Source: Octopus vulgaris
Taxonomy: Eukaryota
Reading direction: 5' to 3'
DNA length: 64,000 nucleotides
NCBI GenBank assembly: GCA_951406725.2
Contig: OX597821.1
Coordinates: 110,236,001-110,300,000, forward strand
The notes below the pieces were generated by a model, which was not told the DNA's origin, did not search any database, and saw nothing but the letters and a program-made list of their open reading frames with translations. Below, one piece after another: positions 12,573 through 25,312 of the stretch. The number at the start of each line of letters is the position of its first letter. The stretch's first letter is position 1. A program made the translations under genes and the position numbers.

Positions 12573-12699
12573 TTTACATTATTTACATTTTAAACCCAAC
12601 CCTGGGTTCACATTCCTAGCCGGCAAATAGCGTAATGGTTAAGAGAAAGGGACACTAACCCCAAGATCGCGAGGTCAGTTCTAGGCAGTGCCTTGAATA

Positions 12700-12950
<251 letters not shown>

Positions 12951-13262
12951 AACTTAATGCTCAGATGTTAATTTAATTACTTAATGATATAGCAGTCTTC
13001 TTTTTCTATTTCTTTGTTTTATTTTATATTCTAAGATTTTGTTCCAAAGTTTAATTATAAAATGAGGCTCTGTAAATGTCAATGTGAATTTAAGAAAATA
13101 TATTTAATGAAAAGTCAATATTACAGAACTTTCAAACAGACTTTTCTTCGTGTATACACACGTACATACATACGTACAAACATTCATATGTACGCATACA
13201 GACATATACATATATATATATACATACATACAAACATACATACCCCCCACACACGCATGCGT

Positions 13263-13296
<34 letters not shown>

Positions 13297-13382
13297 GCGT
13301 ATTTAATTTACAGAGGGTAATGCTAATATATTAATGACAAACATAGCAAAAATGCATACACACACACACACACACACACACA

Positions 13383-14268
13383 CAGGATGCGATGGGTTAA
13401 ATATTGCCGTTTTATATTTTTAATTTCGCACATGCGCATGGTTTGTATTTCACATTGTCGACTACATAGTATAGTAGGATCAGTTGGGCACCGTCTGTGA
13501 GAAAAACAGCACCATGACGCAATTGACTCTGCCAGAAATTTGGAAACGACATGTTGTACTGCTTTGCATTCGCGCCGAAAGCTCCAATACGAACATTTCA
13601 GAATGTTTGGGTATCAACCTGAGGACAGTGCAACCTAAGGGCATGTACCGAGAGTGATAAAAAATCAATCATCCACTCAGCATCATGTTTGGAGTGATCA
13701 CTAGCGATGGCGACGTTATGCCTCCATTCATCTTCCCACATGGTTTCACCTTCAACATTGAGGCCTACATCAAGCGGCTGGAGGAGATAGCGCTGTCCTG
13801 GGACAAGAGGGGGCTGCTGGAAGACCCTATGTCTGGCAACACGACTCTGCACCATGCTACACAAGCAGGAGAACCCAGTCCGGGTTGTCAGACAATTTCT
13901 GCAATCACATCACTCCTAACATCTGGCTACCTAACTCCCCAGACTTCAAACCCCTTGATTTTTATGTGTGGGGCACAGTTGAGTGAGAGACCAACAATAC
14001 ACCTTGTAACACCAAAGATGAACTGAAGGCAAGGATTATGGCAGCATTCAGCAACTTAAACAAGGAGACCATCTAGAAAAGTTTCAGGAGATTAGGAAGT
14101 CGTCTGGAGGCCGTTGTTGAAGCCAATGGCGATTTTATTGAATAAAGTTAGTCTTTAGTATTTCAAGATATTTTTACGTAATTTTGGTAAATATATATGT
14201 TAAAATGAGATGTCAGTGTTATTTTCATTTTTGCGTAATTTAGACGACAGTTTATTCACCACACCTTG
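13383..14268 (+). mobile_element. Internally deleted maT (DD37D) Tc1/mariner element
   Basis: Imperfect TIRs at both ends. Transposase remnant MTQLTLPEIWKRH.. and FGVITSDG..WQHDSAP(37 aa)..SPDFKPLDFYVW..LEAVVEANGDFIE. Confidence 0.85.
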
Positions 14269-14645
14269 TGTGTGAGTGTGTGTGTGTGTGTGTATCTGTG
14301 TGGTTGCATGACTTGTTTCCACGCTGTTTCTGCATACTAAATGCACTCAAAAGGTACAAGGTGTTCCTGACCTACAGTACAAGAAACGTGCCCAACCTAT
14401 CACGCAGCAGTGTGTGTATGTAAATATAAACAAACTCACGTTTGTTGTTATTGGGAGCGCCGAAATGTGTACTGTACGATACAAACAAAGTGATATTTTT
14501 TTCGAACGCAGTACTGCTGTTAGAACAGCACACAAGGGTAATTTACCCATTACGGACAGGCGAAATAACCCACCTTTAATCCCATTTAAGAGCGGTGAAG
14601 ATCGATGATTCGTCATCCTTGTGGCTTGTCGACATCATTTACCTA

Positions 14646-14688
<43 letters not shown>

Positions 14689-15011
14689 ATTTGGCTCAAA
14701 AGCAAATAGCAAGGCCATGTAGGGGGACATGGAGTTAAGTACAGGGTGGTGTTCATGTAAAGAGTTCAGGCCACTTGAGGTCCAGATTTCTGCTGTTCCA
14801 ACAACAATACTGCGTTCAATAAAAAAATCACATTCTTTGTATCGTACAATACACCTTTCGACGCTTCTAGTAAAAACTAATCTAATTTTGTTTATATCTC
14901 TACACATGCAGTTGTTCAATAAACTATTCAGTCTCTACAGTTCTATATTTAAGAGACGAGGAATGATGTACATTATTTACATTATTTACATTTGACGGAT
15001 ATTTGCCCTCA

Positions 15012-15153
15012 AGTAGCTTGCTTACCAACCATATGGTTCCGGGTTCAGTCCCACTGCGTGGCACCTTGGGCAAGTGTCTTCTACCATAGCCTCGGGTCGA
15101 CCAAAGACTTGTGAGTGGATTTGGTAGACGGAAACTGAAAGAAGCGCGTCGTG

Positions 15154-15189
<36 letters not shown>

Positions 15190-15428
15190 AGGGTGTGTGT
15201 GTGTGTGTGTGTGTGTTTGTGTGTCTGTGTTTGTCCCCCCAACATCGCTTAACAACCGATACTGGTGTGTTTACATCCCCGTAACTTAGCGGTTCGGCAA
15301 AAGAAACCGATAGAATAAGGACTAGGCTTACAAAGAATAGGTCCTAGGGCTGATTTGCTCGACTAAAGGTGGTGCTCCAGCATGGCCGCAGTCAAATGAC
15401 TGAAACAAGTAAAAGAGAGAGTAAAGAG
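15012..15428 (+). mobile_element. tRNA-derived CORE-like SINE (family B)
   Basis: GGTTCCGGGTTCAGTCCC B-box, CACCTTGGGCAAGTG core, internal (TA)/(TG) tract and GGTGCTCCAGCATGGCCGCAGTCAAATGACTGAAACAAGTAAAAGAG tail. Confidence 0.88.
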
Positions 15429-15769
15429 ATATGCGCACTAGGATCATATAAGTGGTCGTAGACTGGTGAAATGATTAATGATTCATGGTCGGGTAAATGG
15501 TGTCGACAAGTCACAAACACGGCATATCAACGATGCCCATCACTCATATATGGGAGTAGAGATGGGTTATCTCCCCTGTCCATGAGTCTAAGGTGTTTGA
15601 ACACCTGGCGTTCTCAGAGGAGTATGTGCGTTAAGTATATAAGGATGATAATGCACATTACACTAGTGCTGCTTCTATTTCATATATGAATATATATATA
15701 TATATATATATCATATAATATATATGTACATGCATACCTAAATGTATATGTATATATATATATATATCT

Positions 15770-16375
15770 CACACTCCTCCTCATCTCTCTCACAACCGGC
15801 CAAATACTTCCTTTTGCATGCGGCCTTCTAACTGTAAATACACGGCTTTCTTGCGCTCCTTGAATCTCTCTTCGTCTAGGCAAAAGAGGCCATCTTTGGT
15901 TGTTTTCTTGTGTGTTTTTATTTCTTGTATTGTACTTTTATTTTGTATTTTATTTTGTATTTTATTTTTTATTTTATTTTGTAATTTTATTTGTATCGTT
16001 TTTACGTCCTGTTTGTGTCACATTTTGTTCTTTCCTTGTTTTTACCCCTCTGCGAAGTAATTTCCTTTAATTTCTTCGCAGGAAGGGCTAGTTCGACGAG
16101 TCGTGTTCTGTCCTCACCTTCGAAACACGCTGGAGTTGAACTAGGGACAGCTGATGAAGGGGATTTTTCCTTGTGTAGTTTGTCTAGTACTCTGTTTTTT
16201 CTTTGTAAAAAAAGGTTCGTTCCATGCTCGTTTTTACGTTTTCGTTCTCGTTGAGTTCTGCGTCTATTTGTGGTGTCCTGTACTCACGTATATATATTTA
16301 TATATGCATGTATATATACATATAGATGTATGTACGTACATATATGTATGTATGCATATATTTTATTTATTACAC
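15770..16375 (+). mobile_element. Ribozyme-bearing retroelement family 1, copy 2
   Basis: Homologous to the reverse complement of 2523-2860 (GGGGATTTTTC.TTGTG, GGTGTCCTGTAC, GTACGTACATATATG, ATGCATATATTTTATT); 3' end abuts (TA)n. Confidence 0.65.
16045..16162 (+). ncRNA. Putative pseudoknotted hammerhead ribozyme (family 1, copy 2)
   Basis: CCCCU-[CUGCGAAG..CUUCGCAG]-GAAGG-G-CUAGUUCGAC..CGUGU U^CUGUCC-UCA-CCUUC-GAAACACG..GUUGAACUAG-GGACAG-CUGAUGA-AGGGG. Predicted cleavage after 16107. Confidence 0.78.
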
Positions 16376-16433
<58 letters not shown>

Positions 16434-17162
16434 TTAGAGATAATATATATATATATATATATATTATATTAAATTAGAGATAAAAACCACTATTAGGCAA
16501 ATCAAACAGTGAAAAAATAAGCCAATACATAAAATTAATTTAAAAATATAAAAGTTAAAAATAAAAAATTATTTAAGTAGTTTAAACTTATAAATTTTAT
16601 ATATATATACAAATATATATATATATATGTATGTATGTATATTTTTATATTTATATATTATTTTATTTATTAATTTATTTATTTTTTTATTTTTCTATTT
16701 TTTTTTATTTTTTTATATTTAAATATGTATCAAAAGTATATATACATACACAAACGAATCCGTACATATACGTTCTTACATGTATCCATGTGTAACAGTT
16801 TTCAACTGATATCATTTGATATGCAAGGAGATAAAGCCGATGATACATAACAAGAGAAGCAATATACGTATATCTCTGAAAACATGTATAATTAAAAATG
16901 ATTTAAAATAGAAGTAAAACAGCAACAAAAAAATACAGAATAAAAAACGAGATAAAATAAATAGATATATATTTTCCTAAAAGGACACGGATGTACGAGG
17001 ACGTTATTACCGAAGGATCTCTTACAAGGGCTAATAACCAATCGGCAGATAATGACGTCAAATCTCACTTGTGGGGATATGTACGGCAAAGCATTATAAT
17101 GACACGCAGAAGCAGAAAGAAGCAACCTTTACATTATAGTAATAATAATAATAATAATAATA

Positions 17163-17199
<37 letters not shown>

Positions 17200-17212
17200 G
17201 GATGAGGATGAT

Positions 17213-17277
<65 letters not shown>

Positions 17278-17463
17278 TAATAATAATAAAAATAATAATA
17301 ATAATAAAAATAATAATAATAATAATGAACTTCTAACTTGTCTCTTGAGGTCTCTGGGTGAGACTTGGCGCCAACTTGTGCTAATACAAAACAAAAGTCA
17401 AACTTATAACAAATGAAGATGATGATGATGATGATGATGATGATAATAATGATGATAATAATG

Positions 17464-17533
<70 letters not shown>

Positions 17534-17689
17534 GGACATTAAAAAGAAAAACAATACATAGAAAAACAGGAATGATGTAAAAAGAAATATTTAACAAAGG
17601 TAAAGGTGGAATTGTTCTGCATTGTTGCGTCTCAGGTGTTATGTTTTAGCTGTTTGATCACAAACTTATACAGTTGCCTACATATGTGT

Positions 17690-17736
<47 letters not shown>

Positions 17737-17738
<2 letters not shown>

Positions 17739-17929
17739 TAATCCAAACATGAAAGCACAAAAAAACACAACAACGTGAGGACGTGGAACAAATATAGTAT
17801 TATTGGACGCTCAGGAAAGAAGGAGGGTTTAACGTTTCGAGCGGAGCTCTTCGTCGGAAACATAGGAGAAGGAAAGATCCAGAGAAGGGAAGACAGAGGA
17901 AAAAAATCGCCAACGGTGCACACGCGGTC

Positions 17930-17930
<1 letters not shown>
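17737..17930 (-). mobile_element. Penelope-like pLTR remnant with minimal hammerhead (about 17827-17861)
   Basis: Minus strand: GTTT-CCGACGA-A-GAGC-TCC-GCTC-GAAACGT-T-AAAC; flanked by (TA)n. A related copy lacking the motif is at about 43843-43980. Confidence 0.65.
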
Positions 17931-17968
<38 letters not shown>

Positions 17969-18037
17969 GGTGGGTGTGTGTGTATGTATGTATGTATGCA
18001 TATATATACGTGTATGTATGTATGTCTGTATGTATGA

Positions 18038-18068
<31 letters not shown>

Positions 18069-18499
18069 GATATGTACATTCGTCATGCCTATATTGTTTG
18101 TCTTTTTACTTCTATACCCGCCCGATTTCGATCGTTCTTTTAGCCTTGCCAATCGCCGCCCAGCCCTAACCTGATGAAGTTGCAGTATCTGATCTACGAG
18201 CACTACTTGATGTCTATACCAGGTTTAATTAGCATTTTATCAACCATTCTCTATATATGTGCATGTATGCACGCACGCACACACACATCACACACATACA
18301 CACACACACAGTACTGTTCCGTGATGGCAAAATAAAAAAAAATCTACCCTTTCTGCTGAGAGATGAATTTTATTTAAAAAACGATATAAGTTTCTATAAG
18401 TTTCATGCCAATCAGTGTTTTTAACCCGTTTGGTGTCCTAGCACAATCATCAGACACTACCCATGTGGCATAACGAAATAAATTGATATATATATATAG

Positions 18500-18746
18500 T
18501 CATGATATATTCTGTAAAGAACGTAGTAGAGTATAGTATCGAACTCGTCCACATTGAGATTTACTCTATGCTATCGGAGCCAATATTTACATATCACCTG
18601 AGGAAATGCAACTAGATCTCATAATGCTGTTACATAATCAAATACCTGCACACCTGGAGAACTATGTTCCGTGGAAACAACTGTGGTGATTAAGAAATAA
18701 ATGTCTAACCGTACCCGTACCCCCTCTTGTTGACTACAATTTCTTC

Positions 18747-18750
<4 letters not shown>
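18500..18750 (+). mobile_element. Penelope-like pLTR remnant with degenerate hammerhead
   Basis: CAC-CTGGAGA..GAAACAACTGTG-GTG (compare the GAAACAGCTGTC palindrome typical of PLE hammerheads), followed by AATAAA and (TA)n. Confidence 0.4.
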
Positions 18751-18795
<45 letters not shown>

Positions 18796-18847
18796 AATAC
18801 AAAAAATGAACAAGAACGCAACAGGTGACAGCAAGACATTCAGACAG

Positions 18848-18969
18848 TTTCTTTCCTCAGTCGAGTTCCAGATTTCTTTGCAGTTTCATCCGGTTATACT
18901 CGAGACTGCTCCAATCTGGCCAGCCACAAGGTAAATCTAAGCTAAGAGCACTAGATTTCTTGGAAGAAA
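18848..18969 (-). ncRNA. Putative pseudoknotted hammerhead ribozyme (family 2, copy 1), within repeat ~18793-19120
   Basis: Minus strand: UUUCUU-[CCAAG..CUUGU]-GGCUGG-CCAGAUU-GGA-GCAGU C^UCGAGU-AUAA-CCGGAU-GAAACUGC-AAAGA-AAUCUGG-A-ACUCGA-CUGAGGA-AAGAAA. Predicted cleavage between 18904 and 18903. Confidence 0.75.
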
Positions 18970-19199
18970 ACAGAGAATGTATACGAAAACAAAGACGGAA
19001 AAAAGGAGAAATGGTACACAAATACAAATGTAAGCAACATGACATTAACAACAGGTGTCTTTCAACTAAGGACGAATTAAATTAAGCTGGCGTGTGTGAA
19101 AGTGAAGCCTTGCTGCAGGAACAGCGCAGGTGTGGGTGTGTGGTAAGTAGCTTGCTTACCAAGTAACCTGCATACTTCCCATGAGTCTTTGAGAATTTC

Positions 19200-19522
19200 C
19201 CATGAGTATTTGTTGTCAGCGTACGCATATGTCATTGTGTTGTGCTTTGGTACGGCTGTTACGCTTCCATCCTCAGTCTCTAGCTCCTTATAAACTTTGT
19301 AGACGAAAGATCAGGCAACTTTTAAAAATCAAGATAGTTGTAAATCGCTGTGCTCAGCCTTCATAACCACAATAACTATATGCCTCTTCATTTCTTGTGT
19401 AAGCTGAGGGTCTACCATAACAAAGATTATCTTTCTGAAACAAAGATTATACAGAGTTAGCAAAAAAAAAAAATGCAGCAATGACCCCAAAAGCTATGTC
19501 CTCAAATATCTTACGCACCCTA
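19200..19522 (-). mobile_element. 5' fragment of a maT/Tc1-like element
   Basis: TIR-like TAGGGTGCGTAAGATATTTGAGGAC. N-terminus QLTQEMKRHIVIVVMKAEHSDLQLS.FLKVA.SFVYKV resembles the N-terminus at 13513. Confidence 0.6.
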
Positions 19523-19560
19523 TATATAAATATATATGCATAAATAAATTTTTATATATA

Positions 19561-19684
<124 letters not shown>

Positions 19685-20722
19685 TAATCATGTGTTTGAG
19701 TCGGTCGTCCCCACCACTTGACAACCCGTGTTGTTTTGTTTCCGTCCCCATAACTTAGTGTTTCTGCAAAAGAATCAGATTATGTATCAGACTTTGGATC
19801 GATATTTTTGCCTAAAACCTTTCGTGTTGGTGCTCTGGAAAGGCCGCAATCCAATGACTGAAAAAAGCGAAATATAGAAGAACTTACTTTATGTCGTAGT
19901 TTCTGAGTTACTGAGAGATGAAAGAAAACAACAAATATATAAATGATGGCAATCTTGTCATAGACCGAGAAAGATGGGTCTGCAATTTCTTGTGGAGCAA
20001 GCCACTCGAATGGTTTGCTAATAGCGATCAGATATTTGAGGTGTACATATGAGCCCAGTCCTTCTATCAAATCGGCGATACCTGATCGTGTGTATGATGG
20101 ACCACCCGTCAGATATCGAAGTGAACGCAGAGCAACGTGAAATAAAAAATATTTCGCTCAAGAGCACAACGAGCCATAGCGTCTAGGAATCGAAACCAAG
20201 CTTTCGCTCTCGTGAGTGCAACGCTCTAACCACTAGGCCATGCACAACCCAATACACCCGGAATTAAATAGGCAAATAAATAAATCTCAAAGCAGGCACC
20301 AGACAAGCCGGAAAAATAACCAAATGCAAAATATACGAATCTAAGCGCTCATTGGTTAACTGCATCAGCCAATGGCTTTAAGCGAAGAGCGAAATGTAGC
20401 CACTTGTTAATATTCTTTCCGTGTCTTATATACGAATGTATAAAGTTACACTAAAATTTCTGCTATTTTTATGATTTTGTTGTTGTCATCGTCAGCGCTT
20501 GCTGCTGTCGCTACTGCTGCTGCTGCTGTTGCTATCGCCGCTGCTGATGTTCCCATCATTTAGATCCAAATCAGCTATTTTCTGATATTTTATGAAATGA
20601 CATTCCAGTGGAGACAATCTCGTATCTATCTACACACCAATCTATCTGTCTGTCTGTCTTTCAGTCTATCTATTTCTCTATACACATACACACACATAGA
20701 TACACACATACATATATACACA

Positions 20723-20839
<117 letters not shown>

Positions 20840-20849
20840 TATACATATA

Positions 20850-20903
<54 letters not shown>

Positions 20904-20939
20904 TAGATAGATAGATATAGATAGATAGATAGATAGATT

Positions 20940-21342
20940 TTTTACTTGTTTCAGTCATTTGACCGTGGCCATGCTATAGCTCCGCCTTTAGTCGGACTAA
21001 TCGACCCCAGGGCTTATTCTTTGTAAGCCTAGATACGAGGACGTAAACACACCAACATCGGTTGTCAAGTGATGGTGGAGACACAAACACAGACACACAA
21101 AAACACAAACATACACCCCAACACACACATACATATATATAATTGTGATAACTGATAGGTTTCGGTCAGTATATGCCCACAACGGGCTTCTTTCAGTTTC
21201 CGTCTACCAAATCCACTCACAAGGCTCTAGTCGGCCCGAGGCTTATAGTAGAAGACACTTGCTCACACTGCCACGCAGTGGGACTGAACCCGGAACCATG
21301 TGGTTGGGAAGCAAGTTTCTTACCACGCAGCCACACCTGCGC
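20940..21342 (-). mobile_element. SINE family B
   Basis: Reverse complement of the family B head, core and tail. Confidence 0.85.
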
Positions 21343-21403
21343 CTACACACGCCTACACACACATCTATATATACAAACGCGCACATACATACACAGTTAC
21401 ATA

Positions 21404-21705
21404 TCTTTATATATAAAAGTGAAATTGTGTGTTTGTCTCCTACAATTTAGATTCCTAACTACTCCCACATTTTGCGGTGCAGTTTAACCAAAAGCGGGTA
21501 TCTTATAGTTGTGATTCATATCGAGCCCTTCTGCGTATTAGCGCGCGTCTACGATGAGTCTACAATTAAAAAAAAAAATTGCCATCATTTTTTCCCATTT
21601 TTAATGCATTTTTCTTTTGCTATTATATAAGGGAAGTAACTCTCTAAAAATGCTTATATAGTTATTTCCCTTACAAACCCGAGCAACGCCGGGCGATACT
21701 GCTAG
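21404..21705 (+). mobile_element. Non-autonomous Helitron
   Basis: A|TC 5' end, 3' hairpin CCCGAGCAACGCCGGG and CTAG|T end; closely matches 53941-54455. Confidence 0.88.
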
Positions 21706-21745
21706 TATATATATATATTATATAACATATATTATATATATATAT

Positions 21746-21808
<63 letters not shown>

Positions 21809-22679
21809 TACACAAACACACATATATATATATATATATGTATATACGTCCTTCATGTAACAGCTTCCAATTTTTTTCCTCGTTCTCTTTTTCTCTGCTT
21901 ACCCCTTTTTTCTTTTCTTTTTCATTTACATTCCTCTGACTCCCACCCATCCATGCGTATAACTTATACCCCCTCCTATACACAACCTACTTATTAACTC
22001 ACACGCGTTTGCATTTAGCATGTACAAAATCTCAGCGCACACCCGTACACACACACCCACATGCAAACTCACATGGAGACACATACATACACACACGTAC
22101 ACACCTGCACACAAGCACTCACGCGTACTTATACGCAAGCACAAACAAACACATACGTACATCCACAGTTAACATACATACACATAAACGTACACACATA
22201 TTTACATATCTTTCATTCTTTTACTTGTTTCAGTCATTTGACTGCGGCCATGCTGGAGCACTGCCTTTAGTCGAACATATCGACCCCAGGACTTAATCTT
22301 TGTGAGCCTAGTACTAATTCTATCGATCTATTTTGCCGAAGCGCTGGTGTTACGGGGACGTAAACACACCAGCATCGGTTGTCAAAGGATGGTGAGGGGA
22401 CAAACACAAACACACAAACATATATATATATATATATGGAGGCTCAGTTCACATGTGATCTAAATGATTAGGTACGCTAGATAATAATAATATTGTATAC
22501 GACTTGAGATGTTTGCCTTGCGTTAATGTTTACTGTCCTGTTTAACAATTATATATATATATGTAATACAAAAATAGGACAGGAACGCAAAACATCCAGA
22601 CAGTTAGGTGATACAAAAAATGGACAACAAAGCATCTAGACAGACGATACAAAGTAAACAAGAACGGGTCAATCGGAGT

Positions 22680-22802
22680 TTAGTTTCCTCAGTCAAGCTC
22701 CAGATTATCTTTATAATTTCGGCTGGTTATACTCGAGATTACTCCAACCTGACTAGCCCCAAGGAAAAACTAAGCTAAGAGAACTAGATACCTTAGAAGA
22801 AA
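22680..22802 (-). ncRNA. Putative pseudoknotted hammerhead ribozyme (family 2, copy 2), within repeat ~22563-23050
   Basis: Minus strand: UUUCUU-[CUAAGG..CCUUGG]-GGCUAG-UCAGGUU-GGA-GUAAU C^UCGAGU-AUAA-CCAGCC-GAAAUUAU..AAUCUGG-A-GCUUGA-CUGAGGA. Compensatory and wobble changes relative to copy 1; P0 is decayed. Confidence 0.72.
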
Positions 22803-23705
22803 GCAGAGAATGTATACGAAAACAAGGACGAAAAAAACCGGAGAAATGGTACACAAATACAAAAGCAAATAAGGCCATTACCAACAGGTGTCTCTCGACT
22901 AAGGACGAATTAAATTAAGCTGGTGTGTTTGGCAGTAAAGCCTTACGGCAGGGACATATGTTTTGACAGGCACGGGGAAGAATATAGATGTTGCACGGAT
23001 TGTAGACGAACCAAGAAAGAAATGTCAGGCTTGGTCGAACACCGGTCATGCGACAGGCTTCTTTCAGTGTTCGTCTACAAAATACACTCATAAGGTTTTG
23101 GTCAGCTCGAGACTATAGTAGAAGACGCCTGCCCAAGGTGCCATGCAGTGGGACTGAACCCGGAACCATGTAGTTGGGAAGCAAGCTTCTTACCAGAGCC
23201 ACGACACTTCACACACACACACTCTCTCTCACACACACACCAACACTCTATCTATCTATCTCTCTCTCTCACACACATACATTCACACACACAGTGACCA
23301 TTTGTACACTCTCCTGCCTTCAAAAAGACACATCTCTTTCCATATCTCTTTCCACCTACCGGTCAGTCACTTTTCGGTCATGCAATGACACACGTGCGTT
23401 TCTTTGGACTATCTCTCGTTTCTGCTTTTTCTTTCTCTTGGGACTTTTTCCTGTTTCCGGCCATTCTCGAAACGTCGTTTCCACTCCAATTTTCCCCTCT
23501 AACACTTTCACTGACATCACTGTAGTATATTGATTGTGTACGTCTCATTGACTTTAGCTATTTATTCCTATTTTTTAATTTATCACATACAAGCATGTGC
23601 ACAAACATATCCACATACTTATCTATCCAGCTAGCTATCTAGCTACCATCCTAGAAATTTATCTACTTACCTCTCTACTCATCTCTGCTCACCTACTCAT
23701 CTATC

Positions 23706-23812
<107 letters not shown>

Positions 23813-24151
23813 GTCTATATCTCTTCAGATGCAGTGAATTTCAACTCCAATCGTCCAGCATTACGAATAAGGGAAGTGTGCAATTTCAACTTTGGCTGCT
23901 ATTTTTAGCAGCTTTTACTACGACGAAGAAGAACCCTCGTTGCTTAGTAACAACTCACGCAGTTTTATTTTATTTTATTCTATTTTATTTTTTTCTGTTC
24001 ATATTTTTTTCTAGAGAGTTCATTAAGTGCAACCAAAATCCTGTCGTTGTTGTTATCTGAAACATAAAACTAATAAATTCCACAAAATTTAACTGAAATA
24101 AAACTTATGCCATGTAGACGAGGCTTGATAGATTGGTTGGCACCAAGCCAC

Positions 24152-24154
<3 letters not shown>

Positions 24155-24189
<35 letters not shown>

Positions 24190-24209
24190 GGATGGAGAGA
24201 CAGAGGGGA

Positions 24210-24242
<33 letters not shown>

Positions 24243-24250
24243 AGAGGGAG

Positions 24251-24287
<37 letters not shown>

Positions 24288-24374
24288 GAGAGAGAGAGGA
24301 GAGAGACAGAGAGAACGATTGTGGATGAGTGTGTATATATAGGAGAAACAGAGAAAGATAGGGATAAAAAAGAG

Positions 24375-24414
<40 letters not shown>

Positions 24415-24800
24415 GGAAAGAGAGAGGAAGAGAGAGAGAGAGAGATAGACAGAGAAGGAGCGAACGATTGTGGATGTATGTGTGTATATATAGGAAAGAG
24501 AAACAGAGAAAGATAGGGATAAAAAATGAGAGAGAGGAGAGAGAGAGGGAGAGAGAGAGAACGAGAGAGAGTGAAGGATGGAAAGAGAGAGGAAGAAGAG
24601 AGAGAGAGAGGGAGATAGACAGAGAAGAAGCGAACGATCGTGGGTGTATGTGTGTATAAATAGGAGAGACAGAGAAAGATAGGGAGAAAGAATGAGAGAG
24701 AGAGAGAGAAAGAGAGAGCGAGAGAGACAAACAGAGAAAGATAGAGAGAAAGAATGAGAGAGAGAAAGAGAGAGAGAGAGGGTGAAGAATCGAGAGACAA
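24155..24800. repeat. GA-rich tract containing three diverged ~150-170 bp units
   Basis: GAACGATTGTGGATG..GTGTATATATAGGA..ACAGAGAAAGATAGGGA recurs near 24312, 24462 and 24632. Confidence 0.85.
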
Positions 24801-25256
24801 TCGTTAAAATGCGATTCTAGAACTCGATTGGGTTTTGATGTTGGAGCAGAAAGCATTCCGGATGTTTCGAAAGCAAACTTGTTGTCAATAGAAATTCTTA
24901 AATTTCAAAGATTTTACTTCCGCATTTTAAAACTCCATCGATGCAAAACTGCATCAACTAAACGTTGCTGCTGTTACTACTGCTGCTGTTTTTTTTAATT
25001 TATAACAATTGATGTTGATGTTGTTGTTGATGCTGATAATGGTGATGATGTTGCTGAAGTTGTTGTTGTTGCTGCTGTTGCTGCTGCTGTTGCTGCTGCT
25101 CTTGTTCTCGTTGTTATTGATGTTGTTGTCGTTGTTGTTGATTTGCTACAACTTATTCGTAGTCGAACAGAGCTATGGTCCTTAGGTGTTCCAGACATGA
25201 CCATCTCGTCGTCTTCTTTCAGGACGAGGAGAAGAGTAAAGGAAGAGGAGAAGGAA

Positions 25257-25312
<56 letters not shown>

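Noticed and set aside
18165-18230. CTGATGA motif as another hammerhead
   Set aside because: GAAA is replaced by GAGC and no convincing stem III or cleavage site is present.
20345-20380. Inverted CCAAT-box pair as a promoter
   Set aside because: No downstream exon or other promoter evidence; chance occurrence is likely.
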